Part shown: positions 53,601 through 64,000 of the stretch, one piece after another | Numbering within the stretch: the stretch's first letter is position 1 | How the letters are laid out: each line of letters starts with the position of its first letter | Assembly: GCF_963921235.1 (NCBI RefSeq) | Contig: NC_086097.1 | Coordinates: forward strand, 124,684,001-124,748,000 | Origin: Mobula hypostoma | Taxonomy: Eukaryota | DNA: 64,000 nt | Direction: 5' to 3' | Position numbers and translations under genes: made by a program | Notes under the pieces: generated by a model | The model's input: the letters and a program-made list of their open reading frames with translations, nothing else | Database searches by the model: none | Told to the model about the DNA's origin: nothing

Positions 53601-53792
53601 CAGAGAAAGCAGGATCTCCCAGTGGCCACACATTTTAATTCCACATCCCATTCCCATTCTGACATGTCTATCCACGGCCTCCTCTACTGTAAAGATGAAG
53701 CCACACTCAGGTTGGAGGAACAACACCTTATATTCCGTCTGGGTAGCCTCCAACCTGATGGCATGAACATTGACTTCTCTAACTTCCGCTAG
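50664..53792 (+). CDS. PLE polyprotein: N-terminal domain, reverse transcriptase, Cys-rich linker, GIY-YIG endonuclease (1042 aa, uninterrupted)
   Basis: Motifs HVSFLGTCL..PVGF, IKPADKGGAVVV, FTLDVQSLYTSIP, GVAMGTRMGPSYA, YIDD, CKRNKCYTC, GVIYCVRCSRCGLLYIGET. The real start could be ATG 50742. Confidence 0.93.
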   Translation: MLLEFPASAEFLLFAFKFTTAKPLPVMPTPKKFRSSLQREFSETISHCSPSVISSALQLFDQTLTQTHYHCHVSFLGTCLRRQLTPVGFRIRFQASQFGPSEDPRYSHFIDSASRRFSHQALKATLSAMRRYLVSLSQTLPHLRDTFFAVCNGPTRYFILRRIHACNRRFFDFVMLGKDRKILHLRTPEPAGPDASRHELSVAAPAVGLGGSNTSGHIQNPDSSNDHGDIQSDRATTNCDSSLELQAGSLCAAVVTPVSPSPTTTPQPRLPQIPPSAPGPSEAPSSSHPNPPPSPDTPSLPPPPSDPSSHPCRVFTIPSDLQLSEAERSVLSKGLTFVPLRPHLSEFRVRHDAELFFRRLRLRAYFFGKESSTPTDDPFSRLHPSSSSWTPCSGLLPALDLFIANCRRDINRLDFTAPCPHSNLTPSERSALHSLRTNPNIIIKPADKGGAVVVWRTDLYLAEAQRQLADTSSYLPLDRDPTKEHQAIVSHTINDFIRSGDLPSTATNLIVPTPRTSRFYLLPKIHKPACPGRPIVSACSCPTELVSAYLDTVLSPLVQSLPTYVRDTSHALKLFDDFKFPSPHRFIFTLDVQSLYTSIPHQEGLKALRFFLDSRPNQFPSTTTLLRLAELVLTLNNFSFCSSHFLQTKGVAMGTRMGPSYACLFVGFVEQSMFRAYSGICPPLFLRYIDDCIGAASCTHAELVNFINFASNFHPALKFTWSISDTSLPFLDLSVSVSGDSLSTDVYYKPTDSHNYLDYSSSHPVSCKNAIPFSQFLRLRRICSQDEAFHSRTREMSSFFKERGFPSSTINSALKRISPISRTSALTPSSHHPTRNRVPLVLTYHPTSLRVQHIILRNFRHLQRDPTTKHIFPSPPLFAFRRDRSLHNSLVHSSPPSLPTDLPPGTYPCKRNKCYTCPYTSSLTTIQGPKQSFQVRHHFTCESTGVIYCVRCSRCGLLYIGETRRRLGDRFAEHLRSVRQRKQDLPVATHFNSTSHSHSDMSIHGLLYCKDEATLRLEEQHLIFRLGSLQPDGMNIDFSNFR

Positions 53793-54082
53793 GCCCCACC
53801 TCCCCCTCGTACCCCATCTGTTACTCTTTTTAATGCACACATTCTTTCTCTCACTCTCCTTTTTCTCCCTCTGTCCCTCTGAATATACCTCTTGCCCATC
53901 CTCTGGGTCACCCCCCCCGTCTTTCTTCCCGGACCTCCTCTCGTATGATCCTCTCGTATCCCCTTCTGCCTATCACCTGTCCAGCTCTCGGCTCCATCCC
54001 TCCCCCTCCTGTCTTCTCCTATCATTTTGCATCTCCCCCTCCCCCTCCAGCTTTCAAATCCCTTACTCACTCTTCCTTCAGT

Positions 54083-54120
54083 TAGTCCTGACGAAGGGTC
54101 TCGGCCTGAAACGTCGACTG
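54083..54120 (+). ncRNA. Minimal type I hammerhead ribozyme (PLE pLTR, downstream copy)
   Basis: Identical to 50571-50608; predicted cleavage after 54115. Confidence 0.85.
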
Positions 54121-55029
54121 CGCCTCTTCCTATAGATGCTGCCTGGCCTGCTGCGTTCACCAGCAACTTTGATGTATGTTGCTTGAATTTCCAGCATCTG
54201 CAGAATTCCTGTTGTTTGCACCTGGTAAATATGTCACTCTGAAAACTCACCTATTACAGAATTTTGGACTGTCTGAGTCTGAGCGTGGCAAACAGGTGCT
54301 CGCCTTGCCCAGCCTGGGTGATGCCAGAACTTTAGAACTAATGGACCACTTGCTACTGTCACAGTGGGGGCTGGTAACATACCCAAATGCAAGACACAGA
54401 CACTGAAGTACAAGGAACAGGACTTGAATAGAGTAGGGATGTGACAGGATTCAGACCAGGAGCAGGGACAAGAACACAGACTTGGGCTAGGGAAAGCGGG
54501 ACCAGGACTAGAAACCATGGACTAGGAGACAAGGCTTCGACTGCAAGCCTGAGACTGGACAAGGACCCAGAAGCTAGGTCTTGCCTCGGGCTCAGACCCC
54601 AGAACCAGGCAAGAACATGACATGGCTTCAGGACAGGATGTGGCTAGGTCTAGAGGCCTGAGCTTGGAGACAGGCTGGGGTCTTTGCTCTTGAGGCTGGG
54701 GACTTCAGGCTTGGGCTCCTGGAGCTTGGCTTGGGATTCTCAAGGCTTGGGCTCCTGGAGCTTCTCCTGGGCAGGACACAGATACTTTTCCCCACAGAGG
54801 CAATAGACAATAGGTGGAGTAGGCCATTCAGCCATTTGAGCTAGCACCACCATTCACTATGATCATGGCTAATCATCCACAATCAGTATCCAGTTCCTGC
54901 CTTATCCCCATAACCTTTGATTCCACTATCTTTAAGAGCTCTACCCATCTCTTTCTTGAAAGCATCCAGAGACTTAGCCATGGTTCTGGCTCTGAACCAG
55001 AAAACACCATGTCTATGTTTTTGGCCCTC

Positions 55030-55447
55030 CAAGAGGACCACAACCTTATCGTGGTTTGGAGACTTGCGTGCCTCAATGACCTGGAGACCGATGTTGGCTG
55101 GAGTTGGCTTTCTGCTTTGGCTCTCGGTTGGGTCACCTACGCCAAATAGGTCAAAGGGTAGAGGTCAGACTAAGAGTTATGCACCGGTCCTCCAGGTTCA
55201 GAGGTTCAGCTCAGGGCGAACAACTCTGACAAAAACCGGTAAAACAAATTTTTTTATGGAAACAGCGATAAAGAATCCTTTTACATTCAACCACATTGCA
55301 TTCCTGAGTCTCCACCTGGGACTTGCATAACTGATGGCAGTGAAAACTGAGGGGAAGCTACTGACATGATGAAGGAAGTCCTGAATACCACCAGAGATGG
55401 AGAACCTTCATTGCTGCCCTGAATGCCAGTGGTGTAATGGGCTGTAA
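55030..55447 (+). mobile_element. Non-autonomous RTE (Rex3/Expander-like) derivative inside the Gypsy element
   Basis: 5' CACAACCTTATCGTGGTTTGGAGACTTGCGTGCCTCAATGACC and 3' AGATGGAGAACCTTCATTGCTGCCCTGAATGCC..GTAA; both recalled as RTE-like ends. Confidence 0.55.
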
Positions 55448-57189
55448 CATGTTTTTACCATGCAGCTTTCAGCACCAGTGCCAAGAAGTGCTGGCACATC
55501 GGGATATCGGAGGCCTGTGAACACCATGGGTTCCAGCTGCCAGAGTCATCTAATGTTCATTACAGGCACCCTTTCAGGGCTACGTTCCTTGTGTGACAGA
55601 GTGCTCAAGTGAGTGTTCTGCCAGCATCACCCATTGATTATAAAGCAGAGGGTGACGAGCACTCGCTGGAGGCTGCCAATGGCAACAACATACAGCCTTA
55701 CGGGACATGACGCTTGGCACTCTGCTTCAGGGAGCAGCACTACACGTGGGACTTTATCCTGGCTAAGGTTGCCAGACCTCTGCTTACAGCAGATTTCCTG
55801 TGCATCAAAGGACAGGTAGTAGACCTTAAGAACTGCTGGCTTGTAGACGCAAGAAATTTGGGTCGTTACCTTGTACCCCCAGTAAGTTCCCCATGATGAC
55901 TATCTAGTGCACGCACTACCACATTTGAATTCACTTGCCTGCTGGGCAAATTCCCAAGCCTCATCGAGCCCACATTTTCCACTACAGTCACAAAGCATGG
56001 GGTCAAGCACCACGTTTCCACAACTGGCTCACCGGTCCACACCCGTGTGCGTAGACTGGACTCAGAAAACCTGGCCAGTGTGAAGGCTGAATTCGATAAC
56101 ATGGAAACGCTTGGCATTGTACGCAGGTTGATTAGCCTTTGGACTTCACCCTTCCACATGGTCCCTAACGCTGATGGTGGTTGCCGGCCATGCACCTTAA
56201 CGAGGCCACCACCCCTGATCATTACCTGGTCCCACATATTCAAGACTTGTCAGAACATTTAGCCAGAAAGATAATTTTTTCAAAAGTGGACTTAGTCAGA
56301 GGCTACCATCAAGTGCTTGTGCATGCTGAGGACATTCCCAAAACTACTGATATAACTCCATTTGGCCTATTTGAGTTTCTGCAGATGCTGCTTGGGCTGA
56401 AAAATGCAGCACAGACTTTCCAGTGACTAATGGACTCTGTGTTAAAAGACTTAGATTTTCTTTTTGTTGACCTGGATGGCATACTTGTCACCAGTGATAA
56501 ACTGACACTTACCACATCTCTGCAGACTGTTCAAGCCAACTGAGACTGATTATCAACCCCGCCAAATGCCACTTTGGGTTGTCTACTATTGACTTTCTCG
56601 GCCACCGCAGCTCTGCAGAAGGTGCAACGCCCCATCCGTCAATAGTCGTCATTATTATGGACTTTCCACCGCCCCAAAGCACAGCAGGAGTTTTTAGGAA
56701 TGGTGAATTTCTATCACCTTTTCATTCTGTGAGTTGCTGAGCTCATGCTCCCATTCTATAGTGCCCTTAAAGTCAGTGCCCCTAATCACATGCTTGAGAG
56801 GTAAGTGTACATGACCAGAGCATTTGACAATGCCAAACGAGCTCTTTCGATCGCGACCCTACTGGCGCACCCACTCCTCCACACACCTGTAGCCGTCACT
56901 ACTGATGCCGCAGACTATGCTGTGGGTGCTGTGCACTAACGGTTGGTTGCTGATCAGTGGCAGCTGCTCGCCTTCTCCAGCCGGCAGCTCCACCTGACCT
57001 GAGAGGAGATACACGTGACCCTAGTCTCACAAAGCTGTCTGTGAATTTTCCATCAGTAATGCATCATCAACCCCTTCTGTTCCAATTTTGTACAGGATGT
57101 GTTAAACTCATTAGGAAGGGATCTGTTGTTGTCGGCGATGTTGCCTGGTGATATTGTAGTGGCCAATAAATTTTCTCTAAATATCTTTG

Positions 57190-57595
57190 TCAGTCTGTCT
57201 CCCTTCTTATCTCTTCTGTTCTCCTGACCTACCCATCACCTCCCTCTAGTGCCCATCCTCCCATGGTCCACTCTTCTCTCTAATTGAATTCCTTCTTCTT
57301 CAGCCCTTCACCTTTTCCACCTGTCACCTCTCAGCTTTGCACTTCATACCCCTCCCCCACCCACCCCCACCCATCCACCTTCACGCTCACCTCACCAGCC
57401 AGCTTATACTTCTTCCCCTTCCCACCGTCTTATTCTGGCTTCTTCCCCTCTCCATTCCCATTCTAATGAAGGGTCTCAGCCTGAAATGCCGACTGTTTAT
57501 TTCCCTCCATAGGTGCTGCCTGACCTGCTGAGCTCCTTCAGCACTTAGTATGTTGCTTTGGATTGCCAGCAGCTGCAGAATTTCTTGAGTTTATG
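57190..57595 (+). mobile_element. Decayed PLE pLTR
   Basis: Pyrimidine-rich tract, then CTAATGAAGGGTCTCAGCCTGAAATGCCGACTG and GCTGCCTGACCTGCTGAGCTCC. Confidence 0.75.
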
Positions 57596-58246
57596 TGTTA
57601 ATCTGATCCAGTGTAGGATTACTGGTTAAATGGTGGCTCCTTCTCACTCCCTCCTCCACTTCCTCTTGCATCTGTCAGCTCAGCTCCCTGGCCCACAATG
57701 TCTGTGCTGAGCACGAAGCCGAATTAAACTAATCCCCTCTGCCTCCTCCAGATCCTTATACCTCCCTTCCCTGCATGTTCATTCACCAATCTAAAAGTAT
57801 CTCGAACATCACTATCATATTGGTTTCCACTCCCACTCCTGTAGCACATTCTGTACACCTACCATTCTCTGTGTAAAACAACTCTGCCTCACACGTCCCC
57901 TTTAAACTTACGCCCTCACACCTTAAAGCCATGCCCGCTAATATTACACATTGCTACCCTGGGAAAAGCTTCAGATTCAAATAAATTTTGATCGATCACA
58001 TGCACATCAAGACTCTGTTTTCAGTGGTTGGGAAGAGGACAAAGAAAGGTGGTTAGATCTCAAGAGATGTGGACTATCTCACTGGCCATGATCTGATAGA
58101 ATACCCTCATTCACAAGCATAATCCTTGTGTCAGAACCAGAATCAGAATTATTATCACTCACATATGTCATGAAATGTGTTGCTTTGTGGCATCAGTACA
58201 GTGCAATACATTAAAAATTACTATAAATTACAATAGGACATATATA

Positions 58247-59067
58247 CAGTGGATTCCAGTTAGTTGAGACACATCGGGACCAGTACATTTTGGCCTCATT
58301 AAGCAGCTGCCCCAATTAACTAAAGTTTATTGGAAATAGTTAAACAGGTATAAAAAGTATAAACTGCCATTTAACTGAGTAACAAATTACATTTTAAAAG
58401 AAATACAGAAAATATTAGAACACTGCCAAAACCACTACAGAACTATAAAACAGTGTATTCGTTCCTAATAGTTATTGCTGCTGTCTATGCTACCAGGGTA
58501 CACGACATGTTTTTTGATTGACTGTAAATGAATAATATCACCTAGTGCAGATAATGGACTGCCTTCAAACAATATGTTTGACGATTGCATCCTCCAAATC
58601 TTCATTTTCATTGTAATATTCAAGATGATTGTTGATACCTTCAAATTCTTCATAGTTCCTAATTTACTGAAGCAGTGAAATCATTTCATTTTCACTTCCA
58701 ACCATTTCTGGCATCTCCAAGCCAGGATGCTTGAAACCGCAGAGAGCAAAACAGTTTGGAATGGTCTTACTGCTTATTAGTTGCCAACTATCAGTGACAA
58801 AAGTCACTGCTTTTTGAACACAAGTGCAAGCAAGTAACGCTATTTAAAAACTCCAAGCAGGGGTGTAGTGCCTAATGGCCACATGATGTGCATGTGACTG
58901 ATGCCAATTAGAAACCATTCAGCAACAGTGTCCTATTCTTATTAAATGGCGTAGTGTCCCAAATAACAAAGAGAATCCCATTTGCTTTCTTGATTTGTTT
59001 GAATTGTCCCAAATACGTCACTGCCCTGAGTAACCAATAGTCCAATTAACTGGAGCATGTCCACGGT
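58247..59067. mobile_element. Tigger/pogo-like DNA transposon remnant
   Basis: TA-CAGTGGATTCCAGTTAGTTGAGAC left end, GTCCAATTAACTGGA right end, sub-terminal GTCCCAAATA repeats. Confidence 0.6.
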
Positions 59068-59579
59068 GGCGAGATTCCTTGGTAATGGATGCTCCCACCT
59101 TTTGAAGACATCCTCAATGGTGGGGAGGCTAGAGCCCACGATGAAGAGGGCTGAGTTTACAACCCTCGAAAGTTTTTCCGCTCCTGTGTATTGGGACTCC
59201 CATACCAAAAGGTGGTGCAACCAATCAGAATCCTCTCCATGGAACATCTGTAGAAATTTGCTGGAGTCTTTGGCAACATATCAAATTTCCTCGTGCTCCT
59301 AATGAAACATATCTGCTGGTGTGCCTTCATCATAAATGCATATGTTGTGCCCAGGTTAGAACTTCAGAGATGTTGTCACCAGGGACTTAAAACTTAAAAC
59401 TTAAAAGGAACTTTTCCACTGATGAGCCCTTGATGAGGACTGGTGTTTGTTCCCTTGACTTCTTTTTCCCCTCCTGAAGTCTATGATCAGTTCCTTGGTC
59501 TTACTAATGTGTGTAAGATTAATGTTGAGTTACCACTCAACCAGCTGATCTACCTCACTCTTGTACACCTCCTCGTCAC

Positions 59580-61720
59580 CGTTGTGTATTTAATATTTCA
59601 GTAATATTTGAGTAATATTGTAAATGTATTGTTTGATTAAGCATTTTTGTTTGTTTAAGTATTCATCATGGGTATATGTAAAAGTATGTAAGTAGCATAC
59701 GTCATTACACCACTACATCATAAGTGCTTGCCTCACTTGAAATGAAAACAAAGCATACAAGTTCTCCCTGTCTCCCCTTATTTTTCTTCCAATTAGTTTT
59801 ATGCTTTGAAATTACAAAGCATAACAGTGGCAACAAGGTACTGTATTTTTTAAATGAACCCAAGATGAATACCTATTGGTTGAAGTTCAGTGAGATGTTT
59901 GAGTTGAAAAAAAAGTGCAGTGAAATGTTCAAGTTAAAAAAAAGCACAGCAAGCTCTTTAAATGGATGAAATTCCGGGGTTTATAAACGGTGAGTACCAG
60001 GTGATAATAATAATAAATTTAAGAAGTAGAAATAGCTAGCTACATCTGAAAGATTGATGTATTCGATAGCACAATAGATAACTGGATTTTGTATACTGAG
60101 CAAATAAAGCTGCATTTTGAAGCAAATGAAATAGCCAGTGAAAAGCAAGTGCCAAATTTGCTGAGTGCATTGGATTTGAAGGCCTACAGTTTGCTTACAA
60201 CTTTAACTGCTCCAAGCAAGCCAGCCAAAATGAGGTTTGTTGATATCATGAAAGTAATGCAGGAACATTTAGAACCAAAGCCATTGTTGATAGCAGAACA
60301 TTTTAGGTTTCATAAATGGAATCAAAAGGAAGGGGAGACCATTTCAGTGTATGTGGCTGAATTGAAGAGATTATCTGAGCATTGTCCATTCAATAATGCC
60401 GGTTTAGTTGTGGAATCTTGCAAGAAAGCATTCAAGAACAGCCCCTAAATAAAGCACAACTTACGTTTAAAGGAGCAGTTTAAATAGAAGTATCAATGGA
60501 AACAGCAGACAGAAATGCAATTGAGTTGCAGTCAGGAATGAAAGCGAGTGTGAACAAAATTGTAACATCGAAACAGAAACTGGCCTGGCCAGACAAATAG
60601 TGTTACTGGTGTGGCAGAGTCTCACATACACCAGACCAATGCAGATTTAAAGGCAAAACTTGCAGAAAATCAACAAAGTAGGACACATACAAAGAGCATG
60701 TCAGGCAGAAAAAATTAAATGGACTGCGCAGGGAAGAGGAAAGGAGAATAAGTCAAGTTGCAGTTTCAAAAAGCACACTAATCTGCATGCTGTTGATGAA
60801 AAAGCTGCTGATGATGAGAGTGACGTGGGACTGAGTACACTTGAGATTTACAATGTGAAAACTAACAGGAGAGAAGCAATATGGCTTACACCATAAGTGA
60901 ACTGCAAATTAATTAAAATGGAATTGGACACTGACTTGGCTGTTTCAGTCATTCAACAAAATGAGTTTGAATGGTATTTCAAAGATACTGAACTGAAACC
61001 TGCAGATATCCAACGAAGAACTTATACTGGAGAAAAAATAACGCCTGTGGGAATGACATTTGTAACAGTGAAATACAACAACCAGCAAGCCACATTGGGC
61101 TTGTATGTGATAAAAACAGGAGGGCCAGCATTGTGGGGCTGTGAGTGGCTGAGACAACTACAATGTGATTGGAGATCCATCCACCACTTGCATGCTACAT
61201 CCCCTGCAAGAGAGTCAACTGAAAGCGAATTAAGAAAGATTGTGAAAGACACACAGCAGAGTTCAAGGATGGCATTGCAAAACTCAAACTTATCAAGGGT
61301 AAAATAAAATGAAAATTCCACACCCAAGTTTTGCAAAGACCATCCAATTCCTTATACCATTTGTGATAAAGTAGCCAGTGAGCTGGGTCACATGGAGGCT
61401 GAAGGAATTCTTTCCAAGGTTGAGTGGAGTCTCATGGGCAATGCCAGTGGTCCCAGTAGCCAAGAAGAATTGGGCTGTCAGGATCTGTGGTGATTTTAAC
61501 GTCACCATCAATCCAGGACTGAAAGTAGATTGATACCGTCTGCTCAGAATAGAGAATATCTTCACAAACCCCTTTGGTGGAAAGCCCTTCAGCTAAGTGG
61601 ACTTAGCTGAGGCCTATCTACAGATGGAGGTGGAAGAAGAGTCCAAAATGTTTCTCACCGTAAACACTCACAAAGGCTTTGTTGTGATAATAGGCTTATC
61701 TTTAGAGTAGCATCTGCACC
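59580..61720 (+). mobile_element. Decayed Gypsy (Mag-like) LTR retrotransposon: 5' LTR 59580-59826, PBS, gag, protease, RT start
   Basis: LTR ends ATAACA, then PBS-like TGGCAACAAGG; gag HFEANEI..PLLIAEHFRFH; two CCHC-type knuckles; MELDTDLAVSVI; VRICGDF. Confidence 0.88.
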
Positions 61721-61820
61721 TGGAGTACAGAGCAGGAATAATCACTTAATCCCACAATGTCTGTACTGGCCCTGATGCCAATTTAATGAATCCCATCTGC
61801 ATACACATGGTTTATGTTCC

Positions 61821-64000
61821 TGTTACAGCGAGCCAAAACCACCAAAGCTTATTGCTCGGCTGATAAACAACCCCAGCTGACTTTCACAAATTGATTGTTG
61901 TTCCAATCAACATCTTGAACATTCTTCGGGTAAACTATTTAAATAGTCGTACTTTGGGATCAGTTCTGAGTTTTGAGATTTCTAGTTGTGTGGTTTTACT
62001 GAATAAAAGAGCATTTCAAGTTCTGGCTTTATCCTGTCACCTGGCTTGGGGTCTCATCAGTAGTTATAGTTGAGCAAACACAAGAAATTATTGACAAGGT
62101 GCTGTATTATGTCGACATGACAATTTCAGCAGGAAACTTAGATGCAATTCTACAATAGCAGCAAGCTCTATCTGAGGTGGCCCAGCTAAAGTTAATCAAA
62201 ATTTTGACCAGCAGGTTATGAGTGAGTCCAACGTCGATGTCAAATGACTGCAGTGCATTGGGTGGAACAGTCCAGCTGATTGGCGAACTGCACTGCATGG
62301 TAACCAAATCAACAGTGTGTGTTGCCTAACAGACCAGCCAGATCTGAATGTTTTTGGCATTGACTGGATGGACAAGCTTGACCTCTGAAGCATCCCTCTG
62401 GATGAGGTCTGTATGGAGACACTGGCCATTAAAATCATGTCAGTCAACGCCATATCACCATCAATATGTGAGATCATACAAAAACTGCAACAGCACCATG
62501 CAGCAGTGTTTCAAGAAGGTTTAGGTTGCTGCACCAAACTGTAAGCAGAACTCTTATCTCCATTCAGACGCAAAGCCAGTCTTTTGTCCCAAAAGACTAG
62601 TACCATATGCAGCCTTACCAATTGTGGAGCAAGAGCTGGATCACCTGCAACAAGCTGGTGTGATCAGAGCTGTCAACTACTCATGTTGGGCAACTCCAGT
62701 AATCATTATAAAGAACTCTAGCAGTACAGTGAGGTTGTGTGCAGACTTCTCAACTGGTCGTAGTGTGGCTCTGGAGATATACCAGTACCCTTTACCGGTA
62801 TTGGCAATTCTCTTTGCAAAATTGGAAAGTACTCGCTACTTTGCAAAGTTGGACCTTGACTGAAGCCTACCTTCAGCTAGAAGTGGTGGACAATTCACAG
62901 GAGTTTCTCACCATTACAATACATAAGGGGTTGTTTTCCTTTGTCCGTCTGCCTTTCGGGGTAAAGATAGCTCCTTCAATTTTCCTACAGCTTATGGACA
63001 CCGTATTGAGTGGCATTGACAGTGGTGCTGCTAACCTCGACAATATTATTGTGATGGTCATGGATCAGACAGAGCTATGCTTACGCTTGGACCACGTTTT
63101 GAACAAACTACAAGACTTTGGATTGTGACCCGGGCCAGAAAAATACAGCAACATGGTATTTTCAAAATCAAGTATTTGGAATTTGTCATTGACGAGCATG
63201 GCCATCGCCCAGATCCCAAAAACATCACTGCTATCTTAAAAATGCCTCCTCCATCAGCTGTCAACGCTTTGCAATCATTATTTAGGGCATGATCAGTCAT
63301 TATTCAGCATTTCTCCCAGAAATGCACCAGCTGAGGGAGCCACTCAATACTCTACTTAACAAAGGCGCTACATGGAAATGGTGCAAACATTGCCAAGAGG
63401 CTTTTCCTTCTTGTCTGCCTAGTGTTTGGGGACAGAATAGAGACTCCATGAACACGTCAACCAAAAGTACTGAAACTATTCACACAGGCATCAATCGAAT
63501 GAGAGCTCGGGCAAGAAGCTTTGTGAATTGGTTGACCATAGATGAAGATATCACATCGTATGCAAGCAATGTACTCAACGCTCTATGTCAACCAAGGATC
63601 CACATAGAAGCAATCCACAACAAAGGCTTAATCTATCAGATCTTGGAGTCAAGTACATATTGACTTTGTCTGCCCAGTCAACGGGTGAATCTACCTTGTC
63701 CTGGTTAACGGCTTTTCCAAATGGCCAGAAGTATTATCTATGAAGTCAACACTGACAGCGGCTACCGTCCAACAGCTGCTGTAGATCTTTAGCTGATTTG
63801 GAATTCAGGAAATGCTTGTTTCTGACAACAGCACTCAATTCAGTTCACAGCAGTTTGCTGCCTTCTGCCGGAACAGTGGAATTATCCACATCCGCTCTCC
63901 CCCACATCCTCCCCAGTCCAGTGGCCAAGCAGTGAGGTTTGTGGATAGGTTCAAATGGTCACTTCTCAAATCAAGAGGGGAAGGAGCATTGGCTGAGGCC
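61821..64000 (+). mobile_element. Second decayed Gypsy (Mag-like) element: RT, RNase H, integrase remnants; runs off the window
   Basis: WATPVII, VRLCADF, YFAKLDL, RLPFGVKIAPSIF, HTGINRMRARARSFVNW, SKWPEV and SDNSTQF motifs. Confidence 0.85.

Larger units (their letters stand above)
49253..54219 (+). mobile_element. Penelope-like retroelement (Neptune type), partial tandem: 5'-truncated copy 49253-50708 plus full unit to 54219
   Basis: 49253-50708 is near-identical to ~52768-54219. TSD TGCACCTG at 49245-49252 and 54217-54224. RT + GIY-YIG ORF and hammerhead motifs present. Confidence 0.95.
49040..57000 (+). mobile_element. Decayed Gypsy LTR retrotransposon (gag-pol), host of the PLE and other insertions
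   Basis: gag WFAQTKAQF..ITADSTKFCYVV..LLENLPAP|GKYVTLKTHLL; RT IFSKVDLVRGYHQV..TPFGLFEFLQMLLGLKNAAQTFQ; RNase H TTDAADYAVGAV; many frameshifts and stops. Confidence 0.88.

Noticed and set aside
49382..54250. Alternative-frame and antisense ORFs overlapping the PLE (e.g. 190, 226 and 153 aa)
   Set aside because: Low-complexity shadows of the C/T-rich PLE strand; duplicated only because the element is duplicated

Overview
Vertebrate (non-bacterial) genomic DNA, most likely a cartilaginous fish such as a ray. This is inferred from the repeat repertoire: CR1/HER1-like LINEs, Rex/Babar LINEs, V-SINE-like SINEs and Penelope-like elements. The only host gene is a complete PABPC1 (cytoplasmic poly(A)-binding protein 1) on the minus strand. 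It has 14 coding exons with GT-AG junctions (CDS 35417->8510, 1896 nt, 631 aa) and a non-coding last exon with AATAAA at 6421-6426. Its promoter is a CpG island with TATA and ETS-CRE motifs, and its 5' UTR carries an A-rich autoregulatory element. Most of the remaining sequence is transposon-derived. The standout is a young Neptune-type Penelope-like retroelement (49253-54219) with an intact 1042-aa RT + GIY-YIG ORF in partial-tandem arrangement. It is flanked by two identical minimal hammerhead ribozymes exactly 3512 nt apart and is inserted with an 8-bp TSD into a Gypsy gag, in frame at both junctions. Related hammerhead copies lie in PABPC1 introns: one in sense orientation and one as a palindromic double-ribozyme mini-element. 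Intron 4 carries a perfect 46-bp inverted repeat.
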